From positions 1 to 64,000 of the forward strand of contig NZ_CAWUDG010000023.1 of NCBI RefSeq assembly GCF_963920885.1: 64,000 nt of DNA, written 5' to 3'. The stretch's first letter is position 1; the number at the start of each line of letters is the position of its first letter. The notes beneath the pieces were generated by a model. The model had not been told where the DNA came from, ran no database searches, and saw only the letters and a list, made by a program, of their open reading frames with translations. This stretch comes from Anabaena sp. CCY 0017. GTDB lineage: Bacteria; Cyanobacteriota; Cyanobacteriia; Cyanobacteriales; Nostocaceae. The position numbers and the translations under genes were made by a program. Positions 57,986 to 64,000 of the stretch are shown piece by piece.

Positions 57986-58432
57986 TTATGCCGCATCTGC
58001 CAGCTTTTCCACAAAACCTATTTGCTCTAACTCTTGTGATTTAGGAGGATTATCTGTTTTCCAGTTGTACGCTAAATCTCTTAACCAACTCTCAACTAAT
58101 GTTTCTAGATAAAATTCAGAAATTCTCTTGGTTGCAAATTCGGAATCGTATTCAGTCATCACTTCATGAGTCGGGAAGGTGTAGACAGTTGCTAGATTAT
58201 TACCATCCCATTGAAAAATATTAATGTATTCAGGAGTAGCGGTCATCCCATAAGGAAGTATGAGATGATTATGTTCATACTCAAATTTGAGGATTTCTTC
58301 TACTTTTCCTTTAATATCTTCCTCAATATCTCTGGCTCTAATTTTTGATACTAAAAGCTTTTGTCCGTTTTTATCCCAAGCTGTAATATCAGATACTTCT
58401 ATTGTTGGGCTACTTAGTTTTTCAACATCCAT
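57986..58432 (-). CDS. hypothetical protein, upstream partner of the PIN-like ORF
   Basis: 148-aa acidic protein with no recognisable motifs. Translationally coupled to 57356-57985. Confidence 0.4.
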   Translation of the reverse strand: MDVEKLSSPTIEVSDITAWDKNGQKLLVSKIRARDIEEDIKGKVEEILKFEYEHNHLILPYGMTATPEYINIFQWDGNNLATVYTFPTHEVMTEYDSEFATKRISEFYLETLVESWLRDLAYNWKTDNPPKSQELEQIGFVEKLADAA

Positions 58433-58655
58433 TTTTTTAGTCCTCGTGACATTGATTATTGCAACACCTTTATTGTAAAGGATGAGCGAATAAATCAGTC
58501 AGAATAGAAGAGTTAAACCTTGTCCATCATGAAAGGTGGAGTTTTTGTCATTGCGACGTAAGGAAGCAATCTCACCATCTTGACTAAAAACTACAGTTCT
58601 CAAAGTAGACAAGGTTTAGTACAAGAAAATCAAACAAAACTTTTGGAGGCTTGGG

Positions 58656-58937
58656 ATGGGTATTTTGGCAGTTAGGGCGGAAGAAAGAGTTAAGAATGTA
58701 TCCTTTACTGAAGAAAGCATCAGTGTTGATTTAATGGATGGACGCACAATTACAGTACCATTGGTGTGGTATCCCAAGCTGCTTAATGCTACTCCTGAAC
58801 AGCGATTAAAATGGGAAACCTGCGGGGGTGGTTACGGTATTCATTGGGAAGAAATTGACGAAGACCTCAGCACTGAAGGTATGTTACGTGGCGCACCTGC
58901 ACCAAGGGCTGTAAATCAACTACAATCTAATAAATAG
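58656..58937 (+). CDS. DUF2442-family small protein
   Basis: 93 aa. VSFTEESISVDLMDGRTITVPLVWYPKL ... LKWE..GGGYGIHWEEIDEDLS matches the DUF2442 pattern. Confidence 0.55.
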   Translation: MGILAVRAEERVKNVSFTEESISVDLMDGRTITVPLVWYPKLLNATPEQRLKWETCGGGYGIHWEEIDEDLSTEGMLRGAPAPRAVNQLQSNK

Positions 58938-59236
58938 TGTTCAAGTGGATCGTAACTATGAGCGTCGTTATTCCTAATGAAATATTAACCACAACTCGCA
59001 TGAATGAAGAGGAAATGAAGCGAGAAATTGCGGTGATGCTCTTTCAGAAAGACAAGTTAACTCTTGCACAAGCAAGTCGATTTGCTGGTATGAATCGTAT
59101 AGCTTTTCAGCATTTACTCGCAAGTCGTGAAATCCCAGTGCATTATGGGGTTGAGGATTTTGAACAAGATATCAAGAATTTGCGCGAAATGGGTAGACTG
59201 TTATCATTATTAGCGATACTTCACTTATCAAAATAA
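58937..59236 (+). CDS. UPF0175-family small protein (antitoxin-like)
   Basis: 99 aa. Its start overlaps the DUF2442 stop (ATAGTG / ATG context). The helical ribbon-helix-helix-like sequence is typical of UPF0175. Confidence 0.5.
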   Translation: MFKWIVTMSVVIPNEILTTTRMNEEEMKREIAVMLFQKDKLTLAQASRFAGMNRIAFQHLLASREIPVHYGVEDFEQDIKNLREMGRLLSLLAILHLSK

Positions 59237-59297
59237 TTTATATTCATGATAATAACGCGGGGTGCATCCCAGTTTTTATTTCGCAACAACATAATAA

Positions 59298-59397
59298 TTG
59301 TCATTGCGAGGAGGAACGACGAAGCAATCGCAACATCTCCGACTAACAACAAACCTATGCGATTGCTTCATTCCACTTCGTTCCATTCGCAATGACA
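59298..59397. repeat. palindromic dispersed repeat (TTGTCATTGCGA ... TCGCAATGACA family)
   Basis: Terminal inverted repeats plus internal GAAGCAATCGCAA / ATGCGATTGCTTCA inverted cores. Same family as 7743-7960. It abuts the truncated xisH remnant. Confidence 0.55.
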
Positions 59398-59420
59398 TAC
59401 ATTGAAATTTTTACGCCGAC

Positions 59421-59567
59421 TTAACTGAATAATCTTTTTGCACCTAAACCAACAAATAGATTTTTACCTCTCGCTAAACGAATTCGTAAAGGGTCATAGA
59501 CAATTTTCCAGCCATCTTTGACGAGTGCATTTTTTACGGTGCTGTGATAGATGTCTCTAGCTGGCAT
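59421..59567 (-). pseudogene. truncated xisH-like gene remnant (fdxN-element excision controlling factor family)
   Basis: A 48-aa minus-strand ORF MPARDIYHSTVKNALVKDGWKIVYDPLRIRLARGKNLFVGLGAKRLFS* matches the conserved XisH N-terminus (MPAKDI(F/Y)H..VKNAL.KDGW.I..DP). It stops after about 1/3 of the usual about-138-aa length, and no xisI follows. Confidence 0.5.
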
Positions 59568-59789
59568 AATTAAAAATCAGATTTTCAAATCTGAGCAACC
59601 TACTCATATTTTGTATTTTCTGTCAAGTCGTAAGTCCCATAACAATTGTAATCTAAACATCACCTTCTTTATAGCCAAGCTCAAATCTGCAAAATATTCT
59701 GGTAAAAAAATTATTAGTCAGCTAACGAAGCAAGGATAATGGAGCATAATTAACCTTTATAGCTGTTAACACAACGCCACAAATTTACT

Positions 59790-60794
59790 ATGAATACACA
59801 ACCAACAAACCAACCTATCCGCGTCGGAGTCCTGGGTTTCGGTGGACTGGGACAAGCCGCCGCTAAACTCCTCTCCAGCAAACGGGAAATGATCTTAGTC
59901 GCAGCCGCAGACCAAAAAGGCTACGCTTACTCTAGCGAAGGTTTAAATACTCAAGAATGCATTAAAACCTACCAAAGTCAAGGTTCTGTCGGTTATTTAG
60001 AACCAGTTGGCAGATTAAGCAATAACAGCATTCAAGATTTAATCGCTACCACTCAGCCTGTAGATGGGTATTTCCTCGCTTTACCCAACCTCCCGAATGA
60101 CTTTATTCCCTCCGTCGCCCAAGAATTTATCAAATCGGGTTGGCGGGGTGTGCTAGTAGATGCGATTAAACGCACCAGTGCAGTAGAACAACTTTTGGCG
60201 ATGAAAAACGAACTGCAAGCCGCCGGAATTACCTATATGTCTGGATGTGGTGCGACACCAGGACTATTAACCGCCGCCGCCGCTTTAGCCGCCCAAAGCT
60301 ACGCCGAAATTCATAAAGTAGAAATTACCTTTGGTGTCGGTATTGCCAATTGGGAAGCTTACCGCGCCACAGTTCGGGAAGACATTGGACATATGCCTGG
60401 TTATAGTGTAGAAACTGCGAGGGCGATGACTGATGCTGAAGTTGAAGCCTTATTAGATAAAACCAATGGCGTGCTGACTTTAGAGAATATGGAACACGCT
60501 GATGATGTGATGTTAGAATTTGCGGGAATTTGTTCACGCGATCGCGTTACAGTTGGTGGAGTCGTCGATACTCGCAATGCCAAAAAACCCCTCAGCACCA
60601 ATGTTAAAGTCACCGGACGCACCTTTGAAGGTAAAATTTCCACCCATACCTTTACATTAGGAGATGAAACCAGTATGGCAGCCAATGTTTGCGGTCCTGC
60701 CTTTGGCTATCTCAAAGCTGGTAGACAATTACACCAACGCGGTATTTATGGCATTTTCACTGCTGCGGAAATTATGCCCCAATTTGTGAAATAA
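59790..60794 (+). CDS. NAD(P)-binding Rossmann-fold oxidoreductase (saccharopine/homoserine dehydrogenase-like)
   Basis: N-terminal [19 protein letters not shown] dinucleotide-binding motif. 334 aa. Confidence 0.45.
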   Translation: MNTQPTNQPIRVGVLGFGGLGQAAAKLLSSKREMILVAAADQKGYAYSSEGLNTQECIKTYQSQGSVGYLEPVGRLSNNSIQDLIATTQPVDGYFLALPNLPNDFIPSVAQEFIKSGWRGVLVDAIKRTSAVEQLLAMKNELQAAGITYMSGCGATPGLLTAAAALAAQSYAEIHKVEITFGVGIANWEAYRATVREDIGHMPGYSVETARAMTDAEVEALLDKTNGVLTLENMEHADDVMLEFAGICSRDRVTVGGVVDTRNAKKPLSTNVKVTGRTFEGKISTHTFTLGDETSMAANVCGPAFGYLKAGRQLHQRGIYGIFTAAEIMPQFVK

Positions 60795-60826
60795 GCCACT
60801 ATTAAAACCCAAAATTAGATTTCAAT

Positions 60827-60901
60827 GTAGGTTGGGTTGACGGCAGGAAACCCAACATTTTCGTTGCTTTGTTGGGTTGCGCTGTGCTTAACCCAACCTA
60901 C
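60827..60901. repeat. nested palindromic dispersed repeat (GTAGGTTGGGTT ... AACCCAACCTAC)
   Basis: The outer inverted repeat GTAGGTTGGGTT/AACCCAACCTAC encloses two inner GTTGGGTT...AACCCAAC hairpins. A shorter related copy lies at 55470-55506. Confidence 0.5.
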
Positions 60902-60921
60902 TTCTCTTCCGTGTAGCAGTA

Positions 60922-61473
60922 TTAGCGGTTAGCCTCTAGCTCCGCCTGAATTTCCTCTTCTAGTAAAAAAGAGGGTGTTTGCATAATAAATGGCAGTTCT
61001 GCCCCTACAAGACCCCTCTGAATGCGTTCTGAAGTCTCGCTAAAAACCACAAATAGAGGATAGACAGTATTCGCCCCATCACTCAAAATATGCCTGTGAC
61101 GTAGAGGCATTAACCATTCATAATCTTTATCTAGCAAAACTTGCGTTTTTCGCCAACGCCCTAATAAATCAGAAAAGTCTTCATGGGGACGATGAATAAA
61201 AAGTAATATTTCCACTCCTGTTTTGATTTTCCACTCTGGGTCACACATAATAATTGCTATGTCACAGGGTAAGCAAGTTGTGTGTGCATCTGTTGTAGCA
61301 GTGCCACGGAAGCGAACAATCGGTAAAGGTATAGTAATAATACTGTCATCTGGACGACGCAAACTGGGAATCATTTCTAAGTATGGTCGGTGTTGCTTGA
61401 GTAAAGCGATCGCAGCTAAATTATTGCTATACTCTGCCAAACTGGCTTCATAGTGAGATTTTTTGACAGGCAT
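60922..61473 (-). CDS. hypothetical protein
   Basis: 183-aa ORF with coding-like composition and no recognisable motif. Confidence 0.4.
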   Translation of the reverse strand: MPVKKSHYEASLAEYSNNLAAIALLKQHRPYLEMIPSLRRPDDSIITIPLPIVRFRGTATTDAHTTCLPCDIAIIMCDPEWKIKTGVEILLFIHRPHEDFSDLLGRWRKTQVLLDKDYEWLMPLRHRHILSDGANTVYPLFVVFSETSERIQRGLVGAELPFIMQTPSFLLEEEIQAELEANR

Positions 61474-61616
61474 AATTAATTTACTAATTCGTAATTCCTA
61501 GTTTGTAATTCGTAATTAAAATAATTATTTTGGGCTTTTCAGCAAAATCCCAAATTATGTAGAGTTAGGAATAAACAGTTTTGACCCCTAACTCTTTTTC
61601 CATGAATTCTAATCAC

Positions 61617-62837
61617 TTAACCCAAAGTTTCAAACACTTTAAACATCGGCAAATACATCGCCAACAAAATTGTCCCCACCATACCCCCTAAAACCACAAT
61701 CATCAATGGTTCCAAAACACTCGTGAGTGCTTTAACGGCCTGTTCTACTTCATCTTCATAGAAATCAGCAACTTTCATCAACATGGCATCTAATTCACCA
61801 GTTTCTTCACCAATACTAATCATCTGAATAGCCATAGCCGGAAAAACTTGATCTTGTTGCAAAGCCAAGCTAATCATTCCTCCTTGCTGAATATCTACAC
61901 GGGCTGCATCGATAGCATTCGCAACCACTTGGTTTCCTGATGTATCCCGAACGATTTCCAAACAAGTGAGAATTGGCACACCAGAACGAGTCAGAGCGCC
62001 AAAAGTTCTACTAAAGCGTGCAACTGATGATTTTTGAATCAAATCACCAAACAAAGGCATTTTCAGAGAAAGGCGGTCAATCGTTATCCGACCAACAGGT
62101 GTTTTGTAGTATTGCTTATAAGCAATACTAAATCCAATCAAAGCACCAACAACAACTAAAGACCACCAACTTCTCAAAATTTCACTACACGTCATCAAAA
62201 ATTGGGTAAGGGCTGGTAATTCTGTTCCCAAATCTGTAAAAATATTGGCAAAAATGGGAATCAGAAAAACAGTCATCCCCACAAAGATAGCGGTTGCTAA
62301 AAAACCCACAACCACTGGATAAGACAATGCTGATTTAATTTGGTTTTGTAATCTAGCAACATCCTCTAACAACTTAGCCAAACGATTCAGCACTTCATCC
62401 AAAACACCGCCCACTTCACCGGCTTGAACCATACTGACATATAGACCATCAAAGCAGGCGGGATGTTTACGCATAGAATCGGAAAGATTCATCCCACTTT
62501 GCACATCATTACTGATGTCAATGAGTGCTAGTTTTAATTTAGGATTGCTACATTGTTCAGACAACACCCCTAAACTTCTAACAATTGCGACACCTGCATT
62601 CACCAAAGCCGCAAATTGACGGGAAAATACCGCTTTATCTTTAACCGTCACCTTAGTCATTGCCAATGTAATTTTATTCAAATCAAAACTGGCAAGACTC
62701 TGATGCGGCTTTAAGTCCTGGACAACAAAACCCTGGTCTCTAAGGTTAGTGCGGGCTTGTGACAAGGATTCGGCAACGACTTTTTCCTTTCGGGATTTTC
62801 CTTGAGAATCCCGAATACGGGCTACATAAGTTGGCAT
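61617..62837 (-). CDS. pilC: type IV pilus assembly inner-membrane platform protein (GspF/PilC family)
   Basis: 406 aa with two GspF repeats, each followed by TM helices (...FSRQFAALVNAGV... / ...FSRTFGALTRSGV...). Confidence 0.85.
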   Translation of the reverse strand: MPTYVARIRDSQGKSRKEKVVAESLSQARTNLRDQGFVVQDLKPHQSLASFDLNKITLAMTKVTVKDKAVFSRQFAALVNAGVAIVRSLGVLSEQCSNPKLKLALIDISNDVQSGMNLSDSMRKHPACFDGLYVSMVQAGEVGGVLDEVLNRLAKLLEDVARLQNQIKSALSYPVVVGFLATAIFVGMTVFLIPIFANIFTDLGTELPALTQFLMTCSEILRSWWSLVVVGALIGFSIAYKQYYKTPVGRITIDRLSLKMPLFGDLIQKSSVARFSRTFGALTRSGVPILTCLEIVRDTSGNQVVANAIDAARVDIQQGGMISLALQQDQVFPAMAIQMISIGEETGELDAMLMKVADFYEDEVEQAVKALTSVLEPLMIVVLGGMVGTILLAMYLPMFKVFETLG

Positions 62838-62879
62838 GGCTGAAGTAATTTCAAATTAGATAATTGAAAGTGGAGAAAT

Positions 62880-63998
62880 TTAACGCGCTCTGGTAGCACC
62901 AGCACCAGGTCTTGCACCTGCTGGTGGCGCAGAAGTACCGATGAGACGTTGAACTTCGTCTGGCTTGGAAGTTTTAGACATTGCTGCTTCAAAAGAAATA
63001 GTTCCAGCTTTGTATAAATCAGCTAAAACCTTTTCCAAAGTTTGCATTCCCAATTTACCACCAGTCTGAATAGTTGAGTAAATTTGTGCGGTTTTTCCTT
63101 CTCTAATTAAGTTAGAAATAGCAGGAGTAACAATGAGAATTTCTTGCGCCATTACCCGGCCAAATTCACCTGGTTTAGGATTTTTCTTTTCTACCAAAGT
63201 TTGGCTAAATATGGCGACTAAAGAGTTAGATAACTGCACCCGCACTTGAGTTTGCTTTTCATGAGGAAACACATCAATAATCCGGTCAACAGTCTGTGCT
63301 GCCGAACTGGTGTGCAAAGTCCCAAATACCAAGTGTCCTGTTTCCGCCGCCGAAATAGCCAAAGAAATCGTTTCCAAGTCCCGCATTTCCCCAACCAAAA
63401 TAATATCTGGATCTTCCCGTAAAGCGGCTCTCAAAGCATTAGAAAAACTCTTGGTATCTTCGTTTAGTTGTCTTTGGTGGACGAGGCTTTTAATTGGTTC
63501 ATAAACAAATTCAATCGGATCTTCTACAGTCAGAATATGCTCTGCTTTAGTGCGGTTAATTAAATCAATCATTGCCGCTAAGGTCGTTGTCTTCCCGGAA
63601 CCTGTGGGGCCTGTCACCAGAATTAATCCTCTGGGTTTATCTGACATTTCCCGCACCACATCTGGCAGACCTAACTTTTCAAAGTTAGGAATTTTGGAAC
63701 TCAAAGCCCGTAAACAAGCCGCATAAGCACCACGTTCTTTATAAACGTTGACCCGGAAACGAGCTAAACCTTTCACACCATAGGAACAGTCCAACTCCCA
63801 CGTTTGTTCTAAGGTTTTACGCTGGGTGTTATTGAGCATACTAAAAATCAGCCTTTGGCACTGGTCTGCACTCAATATTTCGTCACCTATGGGGGTCAAT
63901 TTGCCACTGATGCGAAAGTAAGGAGGCAAACCTGCGGATAAATGCATATCCGAGCCACCCATTTCAATCATCTGTTCCATCAAGTCTTCAATCATCAT
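62880..63998 (-). CDS. pilT: type IV pilus retraction ATPase PilT
   Basis: Walker A GPTGSGKTTT, Asp box, Walker B ILVGEMRD and His box (GHLVFGTLHT). The N-terminus MMIEDLMEQMIEMGGSDMHL has the typical PilT start. Directly upstream of pilC. Confidence 0.9.
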   Translation of the reverse strand: MMIEDLMEQMIEMGGSDMHLSAGLPPYFRISGKLTPIGDEILSADQCQRLIFSMLNNTQRKTLEQTWELDCSYGVKGLARFRVNVYKERGAYAACLRALSSKIPNFEKLGLPDVVREMSDKPRGLILVTGPTGSGKTTTLAAMIDLINRTKAEHILTVEDPIEFVYEPIKSLVHQRQLNEDTKSFSNALRAALREDPDIILVGEMRDLETISLAISAAETGHLVFGTLHTSSAAQTVDRIIDVFPHEKQTQVRVQLSNSLVAIFSQTLVEKKNPKPGEFGRVMAQEILIVTPAISNLIREGKTAQIYSTIQTGGKLGMQTLEKVLADLYKAGTISFEAAMSKTSKPDEVQRLIGTSAPPAGARPGAGATRAR

Positions 63999-64000
63999 TT

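Noticed and set aside
1-64000. CRISPR arrays, rRNA genes, transposase/IS elements, integrases, group I/II introns
   Set aside because: No regularly spaced direct repeats, no rRNA-like sequence and no transposase- or integrase-like ORFs were found on either strand. The only mobile-element-like items are MITE-type palindromic repeats, the small HNH gene and the xisH remnant.

Overview
This 64-kb window looks like a chromosomal segment from a filamentous, heterocyst-type cyanobacterium (Nostoc/Anabaena-like). HIP1 octamers (GCGATCGC) are very frequent, there are several families of short dispersed palindromic repeats, and there are cyanobacterial marker genes (an 807-aa sucrose synthase, a GUN4-domain Ser/Thr kinase, Ycf35/DUF1257, a GH57 glycoside hydrolase, the pilT-pilC pair). 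About 55 protein-coding genes, one clear tRNA-His(GTG) and one anomalous tRNA-like gene are supported. No CRISPR array, rRNA, or transposase/IS element was seen. Most of the window is housekeeping: metG, trxA, mutS2, cobA/cbiX, plsC-like, dacB-like, an IMPDH-family gene, a cax antiporter, and a NfeD-flotillin operon. The most unusual locus is at 4.2-15.3 kb. It holds three paralogous bacterial dynamin-like GTPases (DLPs). They surround an SPFH/band-7 protein whose N-terminal segment is triplicated. The middle DLP is split from its hydrophobic paddle-like C-terminal segment by a single in-frame TAG. A stand-alone HNH nuclease and a structurally canonical tRNA-like gene with a non-standard anticodon loop lie in the same locus. 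Accessory-looking islets are the NB-ARC/TPR STAND NTPase flanked by a decayed vapBC pair and a monooxygenase gene fragment (28.3-32.3 kb), and a small AT-rich cassette of unknown paired genes, a DUF2442/UPF0175 pair and a truncated xisH remnant (57.3-59.6 kb). All functional calls are motif-based and made by eye, without database searches.
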